Origin: an uncultured Candidatus Saccharibacteria bacterium
Lineage (GTDB): Bacteria; Patescibacteriota; Minisyncoccia; JAHISW01; Tagabacteraceae
NCBI GenBank assembly: GCA_964601305.1
Contig: CAZRMW010000003.1
Coordinates: forward strand, 3,116 to 67,115
Length of the DNA stretch: 64,000 nucleotides
Reading direction: 5' to 3'
The notes below the pieces were generated by a model. The model did not search any database and was not told the origin of the DNA. It saw nothing but the letters and a program-made list of their open reading frames with translations. The first letter of the stretch is position 1. Every line of letters starts with the position of its first letter. Below, in pieces: positions 38,119 through 47,812 of the stretch. A program made the translations under genes and the position numbers.

Positions 38119-38296
38119 AAAATTAACGAGCGAAGCGAGTATAATTTTTTACACCCCGCCCTTTTATATCTTTTCTTGGTTTTTAATTATTACTATTTTT
38201 AATACTCATATTCTTTATTTGCAATACCTCGCTTCTGTGTATAAGGGCGGGGTAAAGGTTTGCCTACGAAATTTTTTACAAAATTTCGGGCAATTC
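38119..38296. repeat. ~177-nt structured dispersed element, copy 1
   Basis: ACCCCGCCC/GGGCGGGGT stem plus TTGCC...GGCAA hairpin; homologous to 41673-41848. Confidence 0.85.
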
Positions 38297-38299
38297 GCT

Positions 38300-38416
38300 T
38301 TACTTCTGTCTTTGTTTGTGTTTAGGATTTTTTCGGCAAATAACCACAACTCGACCCCTGCGTCGCGTCATTTTGCAATCCTTACAAATTTTTTTAACTG
38401 ATACTCTAACTTTCAT
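38300..38416 (-). CDS. rpmJ: 50S ribosomal protein L36 (not in ORF track)
   Basis: [38 protein letters not shown]. Confidence 0.97.
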   Translation of the reverse strand: MKVRVSVKKICKDCKMTRRRGRVVVICRKNPKHKQRQK

Positions 38417-38420
38417 GTTT

Positions 38421-38636
38421 TTAAAATCTTCTATTTATCCTGCCCTTTCCCCCATACTCGCTCATTTCTACTTGAACTTTGTCTCCTACTAAAACTTTTA
38501 TCCTATACATCCTCATTTTCCCCGAAAGATGGGCTAAAATTTCTTCTTTCGTGTCGTCTAATATTACTCTAAAAGTGGTGTTGGGTAGAGCTTCTGTAAC
38601 TCTTCCCATAAGAACATTTATATCTTTTTTGGGCAT
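38421..38636 (-). CDS. infA: translation initiation factor IF-1
   Basis: [18 protein letters not shown]. Confidence 0.97.
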   Translation of the reverse strand: MPKKDINVLMGRVTEALPNTTFRVILDDTKEEILAHLSGKMRMYRIKVLVGDKVQVEMSEYGGKGRINRRF

Positions 38637-38816
38637 TTATTAAATATCATTAAAAATTTGCCAATATTAATATGGCTTATTTGAAATAGTAGCAAAAATA
38701 GCCCTAAAGTGTCAAGGCTTTTTAGCCTTAAAATATTCAAACCACCTAAATCTAGGGCTAGATTTAGGTGGTTTAGCCCTAATTCACCACAAAAACACAT
38801 AAATCTCCTGTTTTTC

Positions 38817-38978
38817 TTATATAACAGAACTAATGAAAACTCCTAGATAATATGGCCATACAATAATAGCAAGCACCCCTTTCCAAAAAGAAAGTTGTAA
38901 AAACCCTATTGTAAACAGCCATCCTGTAAACCAAGAAAAAACCGTAAGGCTTTCATTTTTAATTTTTATTTTTTGCAT
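38817..38978 (-). CDS. small membrane protein (53 aa, not in ORF track)
   Basis: ...GWLFTIGFLQLSFWKGVLAIIVWPYYLG...; -10 box 6 nt before ATG. Confidence 0.7.
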   Translation of the reverse strand: MQKIKIKNESLTVFSWFTGWLFTIGFLQLSFWKGVLAIIVWPYYLGVFISSVI

Positions 38979-39063
38979 GTTTTTATTGTATCACATTCTT
39001 ATTGATTTTTAAAAAATATATGTTATTTTATCCTTAGATTAAAAATACTATAGGAGGAAAAAA

Positions 39064-39234
39064 ATGGAAATTTTGAGTGCTCTAGGTGTTGTTTTTGCAA
39101 TGATTGCTGGATTGTTTTTACCACGCCTTATCGGAACCATTCTCTTAGGAGTAATAGTTGGTGGAGGAGGTTGGTGGTTTTTGTTTGCCCCATTAGCTGT
39201 ACTTGCTCTTATTGTAGATTTATTTACACTTTGA
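39064..39234 (+). CDS. small hydrophobic protein (56 aa, not in ORF track)
   Basis: SD AGGAGG; MEILSALGVVFAMIAGLFLPRLIGTILLG...; hairpin CCCCGGAATTCCGGGG follows. Confidence 0.65.
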   Translation: MEILSALGVVFAMIAGLFLPRLIGTILLGVIVGGGGWWFLFAPLAVLALIVDLFTL

Positions 39235-39279
39235 TATGTTTTTGTTTTTAAAGACCCCCGGAATTCCGGGGGTTTTAAT

Positions 39280-40017
39280 TTAAAAAATAAATTTTAGACC
39301 AAAAGTTAACAAAACCCCAAGCAAAAAGACCAAAAAATACGCAATAGATCGAAAAAAATTTGTCTCTTTTTTGATTTCCGGCACCAAGTCTGAAGCTGCA
39401 ATATAGATAAACCCACCAGCAGCAAATGGAAGCAAATAAGGAATAACACTCTCTAAAGAAAGAGAAATAAAATAGCCCACTATTCCACCAAACACCACAC
39501 TAAGCGCCACTAAATAATTCATAATTAGGGCTTTCGTTTTTTTAAACCCTGCATAAATAAGCACGCCAAAATCCCCAATCTCTTGTGGTATTTCGTGCAA
39601 GGCTACAGCAAGAGTGGTTACCACTCCTAACTTTACATCAATCACAAAGGCTGCCGCTATCACGAGCCCATCTATAAAATTATGCACGCCATCTCCCAAA
39701 AGATTTATGTATCCAAAAGTATGCACTTTGCATTGCCCATCGTGGCAATGTCTCCAATGAAAGACCTTTTCTATAAAAAAGAAAAAAACAAAAGCCCCGA
39801 GTGTTGTTAAAAACAGGATTTCGCCGCTAATTTCTTCGGCAGCTTCTGGCAGTAGATGTAAAAATGCTCCACCCATCATTGTTCCAGCAGAGAGAGAAAC
39901 TAGAAATAAAACAATTTTAGAAAGTAATTTTTCTTTAAAAAACAAAAAGAACAAGGCTACCCAAACTGCCAAGCTTATACAAAAAGTGGCAACAATAATA
40001 CTAGTTAAAATGGACAT
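39280..40017 (-). CDS. ZIP family zinc transporter
   Basis: HLLPEA, HWRHCH, HNFIDG, HEIPQEIGDF; the translated ORF lies on the minus strand (CAT at 40015-40017). Confidence 0.92.
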   Translation of the reverse strand: MSILTSIIVATFCISLAVWVALFFLFFKEKLLSKIVLFLVSLSAGTMMGGAFLHLLPEAAEEISGEILFLTTLGAFVFFFFIEKVFHWRHCHDGQCKVHTFGYINLLGDGVHNFIDGLVIAAAFVIDVKLGVVTTLAVALHEIPQEIGDFGVLIYAGFKKTKALIMNYLVALSVVFGGIVGYFISLSLESVIPYLLPFAAGGFIYIAASDLVPEIKKETNFFRSIAYFLVFLLGVLLTFGLKFIF

Positions 40018-40145
40018 AATTTTATTTTACCTGTCCACAATACCGACTGCAAGCATAGCAAATTGACACAACAAGATGTTTTTAGTATATTTTTATTAGA
40101 AGCAAAAAATAAATAAAAAAATCTAAAAATGAAAGGGTAGCAAAC

Positions 40146-40340
40146 ATGCAAGAAAAGTCATATTTTTATTTGGTCAAACATCCAGGAGACACAGTGAAAA
40201 TGGGGAAAATTGCTAGACTTCTTAGGCAAAGATACTGCGCTATTTATGTGAGAAGTGAATATGGAGATAGAGTATACAAAACCATCGTGCCCATTCCCAA
40301 AGATTTTATGAAAAAATACAGCATTATTGATTGGCATTAA
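40146..40340 (+). CDS. small hypothetical protein
   Basis: 64 aa; upstream TTGACA, downstream terminator GACTCGCT...AGCGAGTC + T run. Confidence 0.55.
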   Translation: MQEKSYFYLVKHPGDTVKMGKIARLLRQRYCAIYVRSEYGDRVYKTIVPIPKDFMKKYSIIDWH

Positions 40341-40413
40341 TTTTTTCGATAAAAACAAAGACTCGCTCAGATTTTACTATCCAGCGAGTCTTTTTTATTG
40401 CAAAAGTTTTAAG

Positions 40414-41667
40414 TTAGTTAACTATTTCTTCAATTCTTATTTTAGATTCTTTTTCTGGAAAAAATCTCCACCATGATGGACTAAACACAATAGAAGCATG
40501 GTCTATAGCCGGATAATTTTTAAATACTTCTTCTAGTCTTTCTGGCGAAGCTATAAGAGCTTCTTTTAGCTTAGCTTCGTCTAGTATCCAAACAAAATTT
40601 GCATTACCACTAAGCTTGAAAACCATACTCTGTTTTTCTTTGTCTAGGCTTATCAAATCAAAATCTAATTTTTCTAAATTATTTATTTTTACTTTTCCTA
40701 ACATATCTTCGCCTAAATATTTTCCTACTAAAATTTTAGACAAAATATTTTCTGGAATGAGAACGGCATAAAGTGTACCAGTTTCTTTTATTTTAAATTC
40801 TGGGTTTGTAGAAATTAAGTCTGTGCTATTTTGAGCTTCGTTTTCAGAAAAAGTAATTTGAATAGCGCCACTATAAAGTAAAAATCCTTCGGGTTTTTTC
40901 TCTACAGCCTTTTCAAGAAGCGCTGTTCTTATGGATGCTTCTAGAGAATTTTTTAAATTATTAAAATCACTGTCGCTAACTACTGGTACTTCCCCACTAA
41001 AACCTCCTGCCATAGTGGTTTTACTTCTAGCATAAAATTTTTCATAGCGAGGCCCGCCCTTAAATCCAGGAATAGTAAAATCAGTAAGCTCTTTGTTATA
41101 TTCTTCTCCTGGTTTGTCTGCATATACTACTGCTTCTATCGAGCTCGGTTGCACCTCTCCATCGATTATTTTTGCCCCAGGAACTATTATTGATTTTTTG
41201 ATACGATAAATTTTTCCATCTGGGGCTTCAAATCTTGTGGTAGCAATAAGTTTTTGAGACTTTGAGCTAAAACTATTATAAACAACGATTGTACCACTTG
41301 CTTTGGTGGCAATATTTTTTACACCAGTGGCTTGTGTGGAATTTTCTTTGGTAACTTTTATTTCCATTGTTTCAAATGGCACATCAAAAAACGCTGTTTT
41401 ACCAGACTTTACAAGAGTATCTATACTAACAACTTCCTGATGAAGAGTAATTTGAATAATGGCTTTAGCAAAAAATCCTACTGTTTTTGCAGATAAAACA
41501 ACAACAAGAAACAAAACAACTAGACCAAAAATTATCTTTCCTTTTTTCATTTTTTTAAACAAATCATTGTCACGATTCTTTCTTACTCTTTTTATCGGCT
41601 CATCGAAAAAGTCTCTTTTTTTCTTTCCTTTTTTTATTATAATATCTTCTATTTTTGGTTTAGGCAT
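40414..41667 (-). CDS. CPR baseplate-J-like membrane-anchored protein
   Basis: KASGTIVVYN, TRF, ADKPGEEYN, GGFSG. Confidence 0.75.
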   Translation of the reverse strand: MPKPKIEDIIIKKGKKKRDFFDEPIKRVRKNRDNDLFKKMKKGKIIFGLVVLFLVVVLSAKTVGFFAKAIIQITLHQEVVSIDTLVKSGKTAFFDVPFETMEIKVTKENSTQATGVKNIATKASGTIVVYNSFSSKSQKLIATTRFEAPDGKIYRIKKSIIVPGAKIIDGEVQPSSIEAVVYADKPGEEYNKELTDFTIPGFKGGPRYEKFYARSKTTMAGGFSGEVPVVSDSDFNNLKNSLEASIRTALLEKAVEKKPEGFLLYSGAIQITFSENEAQNSTDLISTNPEFKIKETGTLYAVLIPENILSKILVGKYLGEDMLGKVKINNLEKLDFDLISLDKEKQSMVFKLSGNANFVWILDEAKLKEALIASPERLEEVFKNYPAIDHASIVFSPSWWRFFPEKESKIRIEEIVN

Positions 41668-41672
41668 GCTTG

Positions 41673-41848
41673 AAAATTAATGAACGAAGTGAATATAATT
41701 TTTTGCACCCCGCCCTCTTAATATTTTTTCTTAATTGTTAATCTTTATTATTTTTATACCTATTTTTTAATTACAAATCCCTGCTCTTGTGTGTGAGGGC
41801 GGGGTAAAGGTTTGCCTACGAAATTTTAAATAAAATTTCGGGCAATTC
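41673..41848. repeat. ~177-nt structured dispersed element, copy 2
   Basis: homologous to 38119-38296. Confidence 0.85.
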
Positions 41849-41860
41849 TTCTTTATTTTA

Positions 41861-43060
41861 TCATTTTAAATACTTGTTTGCAAAAAGCGCAGAAAGCAAA
41901 AGTGAAAAATCAGATTCACTCAATCCTTTACTTTTATTATCGAAATATCCTCCCAAGGAATAAGGAGACAACAATTTTATAGCAAAATGTTTTTTAAAAA
42001 TTGTTAAATTTGCAAAATCTGGACTTTCAATTCTTTTTTCTAGTTTTTTAAGCAATGTTGGCATCTTTTTTTCACTAAACATTGGCGAGGAAAGTTCGCA
42101 TAAAAAAAGATTTTGAGGTAAAAATCTATCTTTAGCTATCTCTATCAAAAGACCTCCTAAAGATTTTTGCCACTCATCTAAGGCTTTGCTAACAACTAGG
42201 TCTACCTTCTTAAAAACATCATCTTTCAAGTCCTTTCGCTGATATTTTAAAAACAAAGACCTTGCGTCCACCAAGCTTTTTCCAAAAGTTTTAGCGATAC
42301 TGTCTATAAAAAAATTCTCTCCTTTCGGAAATGAATTAACTTCTTCTATGATTCCATTTCTCATTATAAAAATATCTGTAATTTCTCCACTGATATCTAC
42401 AACCACAGCTCCCTCTTTCATGTTTGCAACTCCACTTAGGATTTTAAAAACAACAAATGGAAAACTGTGAAAAAAAACACTACCCTCGTGTATCTGAGGT
42501 AAAGCCTGTTCTTTAATTTTTTCTTTCAGAGATCCTTGCGACAAACTAAAATATGAAAACATTTCTAGACTGCCGACTTCTTTGTTTAAAAAATTATTTA
42601 CTTCGTATCCATTTAGATTTGCTTTTAAAGGTGTTTTTTCTATAAAGACGTCTTCTTCTTTTTCTTTTTCGTGGGGGATTTTACTTCCCCATTCAAGCCC
42701 AAAACGATGTGCTTCGTCATCTATAAGTTCTTCCATAAAACTTTCGTTTATTTTAAAATTTTTCTCTCGAATAGTTTTTGTTATTCTAGTTTGCGCAATA
42801 TACCAAGGTGCAGAAAAAACACACATAGCCATATCTATATTTTTGTTAGGAGAACTTTTTTCTAAAAAACTAAAAAGAGAAACGATGCTTCTTTCTACAA
42901 AAGGCCATGATGCAGAAAAATTCTTTTCTTTTGGAAAACTTATTTGCTCTCTTTTACTAGATAAAATTGTTGGCTTTCCTTTTGTTTGTTTTTGTAACAA
43001 AAGTGCGCCAATAGACGAGCTGGCAATATCAAAAATAGCAATAGTTTTATCTTTACTCAT
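41861..43060 (-). CDS. divergent FtsA/PilM-like actin-fold protein
   Basis: FDIASSSI and VVDISGEITD phosphate-loop-like motifs. Confidence 0.7.
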   Translation of the reverse strand: MSKDKTIAIFDIASSSIGALLLQKQTKGKPTILSSKREQISFPKEKNFSASWPFVERSIVSLFSFLEKSSPNKNIDMAMCVFSAPWYIAQTRITKTIREKNFKINESFMEELIDDEAHRFGLEWGSKIPHEKEKEEDVFIEKTPLKANLNGYEVNNFLNKEVGSLEMFSYFSLSQGSLKEKIKEQALPQIHEGSVFFHSFPFVVFKILSGVANMKEGAVVVDISGEITDIFIMRNGIIEEVNSFPKGENFFIDSIAKTFGKSLVDARSLFLKYQRKDLKDDVFKKVDLVVSKALDEWQKSLGGLLIEIAKDRFLPQNLFLCELSSPMFSEKKMPTLLKKLEKRIESPDFANLTIFKKHFAIKLLSPYSLGGYFDNKSKGLSESDFSLLLSALFANKYLK

Positions 43061-43084
43061 TACTTATATTGTATCACAAGTATT

Positions 43085-44839
43085 TTATTCTAGTATAGCT
43101 TTTATGCGTCTTACTCCGGCAGAGCTAGACTGCTCTTTTTTTATTTTAAACTTTCCAAGCTCACCAGTATTTTCTACATGTGGCCCAGAGCAAATCTCCT
43201 GACTAAAACTATCTATTCCATAAACCTTAACTTTATCCCCATAATCAAATGTGCCATGTGCGCCACTTTCCCGAGCCTTTTCTATTGTCATTTCCTCACA
43301 AACTATTTTTATCTCTTTTTCTATCACTTCGTTTACTAATTTTTCTACTTCTTGTTTTTGTTCATCTGTAAGTTTTTCTGAATGCGAAAAATCAAATCGC
43401 AGTCTTTCTGCAGTAATGTTGCTCCCTTTTTGTACCACATGGTCTCCCAAAACTTTTCTTAAAGCTGCTAAAAGCAAGTGCGCTGCTGTGTGGAGCTTCT
43501 TCGTGTCTTCTGAGGTGTCTGCCAGTCCGCTTTTAAATTTGCCCGCGGACGCTGTGCGTGAGAGTTCTTGATGTTTAGCCATTTCTTCTTCGAACTCTTT
43601 TGTGTCTACAGAGACACCTTTTTCTTCTGCTAGCTCTTCTGTCATTTCGAGCGGGAATCCGTAAGTAGAAAAAAGCACAAACGCATCTTTGCCAGAAATA
43701 ATTTTATCAGCTCCCAGCTTTTCAAATTGTTTTAGACCTTTTTCTAAAGTTTCTCTAAACTTTTTTTCTTCATTGTTTAGTTCTTCTAAAATTGTTTGCT
43801 CGTCGCTCCTGTCATACCAATCAACTCCTCTATAGATTTCAAAAACTTTTTCTGCAACACCACTTGTAAAATTATTTTCTATACCCAATTTTCTTCCACG
43901 CACAATTGCTCGCCTAATTAATCTCCTTAAAATATATCCCTGGTCAACATTTGAAGCATGTACACCATCCATAATTATAAACACACTTGCTTTTATGTGG
44001 TCTGCAATTATTCGCATTGCGCTTGTGGTATCTTTGTTTTCGTCATATTTTTTTCCAGAAAGCTCCTCAATTTTTTTGATTATATTTTCAAAAAGATCTG
44101 TTTTGTAGTCGTCGTCTAACCCGTTCATTATTGCAGTAGTCCTTTCAAGTCCCATTCCAGTATCAATGTTTTGCTGAGCAAGTTTTTTGTATTTCCCATC
44201 AGAGTTCTTGTTGTACTGCATAAAAACATTGTTCCAAACCTCCACCCATCTGTCGTCTTCTGGGTCAAAATTTTCAGGCACTTTTTCTACACCGCCAGTC
44301 CAGTAAAAAATTTCGCTGTCTGGTCCACATGGTCCAGTTTGTCCTGCTGGCCCCCACCAGTTTTCTTTCTTGTCGAGTTTTGCAATCTTGCTTTCTGGTA
44401 TACCTAAATCTATCCAAATCTTATAGGCTTCTTCGTCAAAAAGAGCATTCTCATCTCCTTCAAATACAGATACCGCTAAAAGATTTTTATCTAGCCCTAA
44501 CCATTTTTTATCAGTCAAAAATTCCAAACTCCACTCTAAAGACTCTTTTTTAAAGTAGTCTCCAAGCGACCAATTGCCAAGCATTTCAAAAAAAGTATGG
44601 TGAGTTTTATCACCCACTTCATCTATGTCTATGGTTCTTATACACTTCTGAACATCTGCTAATCTATTGCCTTCTGGGTGTTTTTCGCCCAAAAGATACG
44701 GTACCAGTGGATGCATACCTGCACTTATGAAAAGAGTTGTCGGATCGTTTTCTGGCAACAAAGAAGACGAGGGTATTATTGCATGCCTTTTTTCTTTAAA
44801 AAAATCTAAAAATTTTTGCCTTACTTCACTTGATGTCAT
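43085..44839 (-). CDS. alaS: alanine--tRNA ligase (short form without C-Ala domain)
   Basis: AGMHPL, FEMLGNWS, IDTGMGLER, HTAAH...CSGPH, AGVRRI. Confidence 0.96.
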   Translation of the reverse strand: MTSSEVRQKFLDFFKEKRHAIIPSSSLLPENDPTTLFISAGMHPLVPYLLGEKHPEGNRLADVQKCIRTIDIDEVGDKTHHTFFEMLGNWSLGDYFKKESLEWSLEFLTDKKWLGLDKNLLAVSVFEGDENALFDEEAYKIWIDLGIPESKIAKLDKKENWWGPAGQTGPCGPDSEIFYWTGGVEKVPENFDPEDDRWVEVWNNVFMQYNKNSDGKYKKLAQQNIDTGMGLERTTAIMNGLDDDYKTDLFENIIKKIEELSGKKYDENKDTTSAMRIIADHIKASVFIIMDGVHASNVDQGYILRRLIRRAIVRGRKLGIENNFTSGVAEKVFEIYRGVDWYDRSDEQTILEELNNEEKKFRETLEKGLKQFEKLGADKIISGKDAFVLFSTYGFPLEMTEELAEEKGVSVDTKEFEEEMAKHQELSRTASAGKFKSGLADTSEDTKKLHTAAHLLLAALRKVLGDHVVQKGSNITAERLRFDFSHSEKLTDEQKQEVEKLVNEVIEKEIKIVCEEMTIEKARESGAHGTFDYGDKVKVYGIDSFSQEICSGPHVENTGELGKFKIKKEQSSSAGVRRIKAILE

Positions 44840-44995
44840 TGCTTAAAATAATATTACAGAACGCTATTTTTTTCAATTCTTTTTTCTGTTTGTTTCCCAA
44901 ATACACATTTGTTCGCGATCGCGGAAAAAATGGTATTTGATAAAATTCACAAAATAAAAAAGCCACCCATGAAGGCAGCTTTTTTTTATTTTTCA

Positions 44996-45538
44996 TTACT
45001 TCTGTTCTAGAAGCTTTTTAAAAATCTTTGAAGCGAATTCTTTTTTTTCTTTTTCGTCTTTCTTTTTTTTGTAATGTCTCGTTAATTCAAAATCCCAACC
45101 CACATAGCTTTGATAATTTTCTACAGCATTGATCCAAGAATTAATTTTTTCAATTTCATTTGACTCCAAAGCAATAGAAAAAGCGTTTTCTATAAGACTT
45201 TCTGGTTTGTATTTATAAAATTCAAGAAGATTTTTTGCTTTCTTTTTTGCTTCCGCAAGTTTGTATTCAGGAAGGATGTCTATCCAAGAAGGAATGTAAA
45301 TTAAAAAAGCCAACAACCCTAAAAATAAAAATACACCAAAGGAAACATTTCCTTTAAAACCAGTTAAATCCAATATAATTATTATCAAAAGAATTAAAAC
45401 ACAAAACAGAAAAAATATTATGATAGTGCCTGACCACTTTTTATTTGTATAAAACAATCTTGCAATATCCTCTTGAAACTTATTCAATTCTTTCCCTTTT
45501 TTCTTTTCAGGTTTTAACGCCATCGGTCCTTTAGTCAT
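44996..45538 (-). CDS. hypothetical 2-TM protein
   Basis: two TM helices, LPEYKL; paralog of the upstream gene. Confidence 0.7.
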   Translation of the reverse strand: MTKGPMALKPEKKKGKELNKFQEDIARLFYTNKKWSGTIIIFFLFCVLILLIIIILDLTGFKGNVSFGVFLFLGLLAFLIYIPSWIDILPEYKLAEAKKKAKNLLEFYKYKPESLIENAFSIALESNEIEKINSWINAVENYQSYVGWDFELTRHYKKKKDEKEKKEFASKIFKKLLEQK

Positions 45539-46046
45539 TTTCCCTCTCCTTAGTTTTCAAAATCATTGCTTCCAAGGCAATTTTTGCCTCAACAGCATCT
45601 CTTATAAGTTCTTCTCTTTTTGATTCTAATTCGGAAAGTTTTTCTAAGACCTTTACTCTTTTTGTGTATTTTTGAGCCATTTCAATCCAAGTCCTAATTT
45701 TTTCATAATCTTTCTTTTTTAAAACTCTTTCTAACGAATCATATAAAAAAGGGTCGTGTTTACCAAATTCGTCAATTCTCTTTGCCTCTTTTATAAGCTG
45801 ATCTAATTTGTATTCCGGAAGATAGTTCTTCCAATCTCTCCCGCACACAAGAGGAATTATGGTAACTAAAAAAATAAAAAGTCCCGAGAAAAAATACATA
45901 ATATCATCTTTCCCGTTGAATCCAAAAACAGTGATGACTAAAAGCAGAAAAGAAACAAGGATCAAGCAAGCTGTAATTCTTGGATATTTATAATCCAATT
46001 TGGCAAAAAAAGTTCTAAATTTTCCTAACTCGTTTTCTTTTTTCAA
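45531..46046 (-). CDS. hypothetical 2-TM protein
   Basis: two TM helices, LPEYKL, C-terminal coiled coil. Confidence 0.7.
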   Translation of the reverse strand: MKKENELGKFRTFFAKLDYKYPRITACLILVSFLLLVITVFGFNGKDDIMYFFSGLFIFLVTIIPLVCGRDWKNYLPEYKLDQLIKEAKRIDEFGKHDPFLYDSLERVLKKKDYEKIRTWIEMAQKYTKRVKVLEKLSELESKREELIRDAVEAKIALEAMILKTKEREND

Positions 46047-46549
46047 GGTAGTCCTCCTTCAATTTTTGGCTGATAAGAAATCATTACTATAACAACTACC
46101 GCCAAAATCATTCCAGTAAAGTTCACCCAGTTAAAAGTCATTGGTTGAAAATTTTTAGGAAAAAATTTGTGCCCCCAAAATGAAACTAAATAAGCAACTA
46201 CACCCCCAAGATTTACTACCGTGAGCGCAATTCCTGGATGAGGACAGGTTGCAGGATTCATAGATTGAATAACAAAGATATTTCCCGTGCTTCCAACAAC
46301 GAAAGCTAAGATAAACAGAACAATCAATGGCCAGCCTTGTGGAATATAGCTTATAAGTGGGTTAGATGAAATTCCTCCCCAAAATAAAAATCCCAGGAAA
46401 CATCCGCAAAACCATACAATAAACACCCCTTCGATTTTTACTCCAAATTTACCAACTAAAATTGGCACAAGGACCAAAAAAGGAACAAACGTAATCATTC
46501 CTCCCAAAGCTTTCACTATCCAATGCCATTCTTTTGCAAATTCTAACAT
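46043..46549 (-). CDS. hypothetical 5-TM protein, EamA/DMT-like
   Basis: hydrophobicity pattern; SD GGAGG. Confidence 0.6.
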   Translation of the reverse strand: MLEFAKEWHWIVKALGGMITFVPFLVLVPILVGKFGVKIEGVFIVWFCGCFLGFLFWGGISSNPLISYIPQGWPLIVLFILAFVVGSTGNIFVIQSMNPATCPHPGIALTVVNLGGVVAYLVSFWGHKFFPKNFQPMTFNWVNFTGMILAVVVIVMISYQPKIEGGLP

Positions 46550-46782
46550 CTTTCACCTCCGTGTATTTTCTTATATTAAATTTACAAAAAACTTACTTAT
46601 TCATACATAAAACAAATTTTGTCAAAAGTCAAGCTAAATATAGTAGCTCTGTTGTTTATTTTTAAAAAATGTATAGATCATGCGGTCGCAGAAAGTATAC
46701 AAACCCAATTCTATCCAATCCCAGTATGTGTTGAAAAAACAAGATAAAAAAACCCGGGGCGCCTCCACGCCACGGGTTTTTT

Positions 46783-47259
46783 TTATCTAATTTTACGAGA
46801 TTTCTTTTCTTCCGGGAAGGTGATCGAGTGAATGACCATCGCCTTGCGAGGAGATATCCCCTCCATGCCTTTTACCAGTCGGCCAGAGACCTTAATCTCG
46901 TGTAGACCAACATGTTGGCGAAGCCTTTCGTGCAAGGCTTCAAAAGAGCCTAACACCTCTTCCGGAATCCCTGCTCGCCCGTTTTCCACAAAAATTTTGT
47001 GTCCTTTGGCCTTAAATCCAGCCAAAACTTCTTCGGAAGTTCCAACAACAAGCCGATCCGACACAAGAAGGTATCCCATGAGAAACTTAAAATTACTTTT
47101 CTCATGAAGGTGAAAATGGCCGTAAACCGGAACGATCTTTTGCACTAAAATTGTTCTAGTCAGCATTGCATCGGGTTCTGATTGATCGGAAAAAGGATCG
47201 GCAGTTAAAAAAGCGAGAACCACATAAATTGTTGCTAAGATAGCTATTCCTTTTGCCAT
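46783..47259 (-). CDS. hypothetical exported protein
   Basis: N-terminal signal/TM; SD GGGAG; GC-richer than flanks. Confidence 0.6.
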   Translation of the reverse strand: MAKGIAILATIYVVLAFLTADPFSDQSEPDAMLTRTILVQKIVPVYGHFHLHEKSNFKFLMGYLLVSDRLVVGTSEEVLAGFKAKGHKIFVENGRAGIPEEVLGSFEALHERLRQHVGLHEIKVSGRLVKGMEGISPRKAMVIHSITFPEEKKSRKIR

Positions 47260-47546
47260 GTGTATGCTCCCTTCAGTTTTTCCAGTTCATCTTCTGCTTT
47301 CATTGTTTCCTCTGGATCGAGAAAACCGCTGGAAATATGAGTTTCGAGTCTTTCTATCTCAGGATCTCCGGCCCAAAGTGGTTCAGGTTCCAAGTTTTCA
47401 CAAACCCTCACCATCTCAATATTTTCCCCAGGGCACTCACTCTCAGGAAGCCTAGTGTTTTTTCCACAAAGTCCCTGGACAAACCAATAGCTTTTTTGCA
47501 TAAATCGGTAGCTCCAACAAAAGAAGCTAAGAATTTTTTTAATCAT
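47244..47546 (-). CDS. hypothetical protein
   Basis: ATG at 47546 after GGGAGG. Confidence 0.55.
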   Translation of the reverse strand: MIKKILSFFCWSYRFMQKSYWFVQGLCGKNTRLPESECPGENIEMVRVCENLEPEPLWAGDPEIERLETHISSGFLDPEETMKAEDELEKLKGAYTWQKE

Positions 47547-47641
47547 TGTATTCCTCCCTTCCGAAGTGGATTTGCCGGAGCCCAAACGCCCCGCCCCTCA
47601 AAGATAAATTTATACCACAGGCTCTCAAAAAAATTTTTCAT
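47543..47641 (-). CDS. small ORF (32 aa)
   Basis: SD GGGAGG; MKNFFESLWYKFIFEGRGVWAPANPLRKGGIQ*; ATGA overlap with the next gene. Confidence 0.45.
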   Translation of the reverse strand: MKNFFESLWYKFIFEGRGVWAPANPLRKGGIQ

Positions 47642-47812
47642 TTCGTTCCTCCCTTGCCTGACCCGAAGGGTTTAGAAGGCTCAAAAAATTATAAAAATTT
47701 TATATCAAATATTCTGCTTTCAATTTACATCATTTCTACCATTTTGTCAAGACCTAAAATTCAAAAAACCAAATTTAGCAAATACTCGCGATCGCGAGTA
47801 TTTGCTGTTTTT

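Noticed and set aside
40414-41667. Prophage tail gene
   Set aside because: Solitary membrane-anchored baseplate-J-like gene next to an FtsA-like gene; no other phage structural genes
42582-43202. 206-aa plus-strand ORF and similar antisense ORFs
   Set aside because: Shadow ORFs opposite well-supported genes
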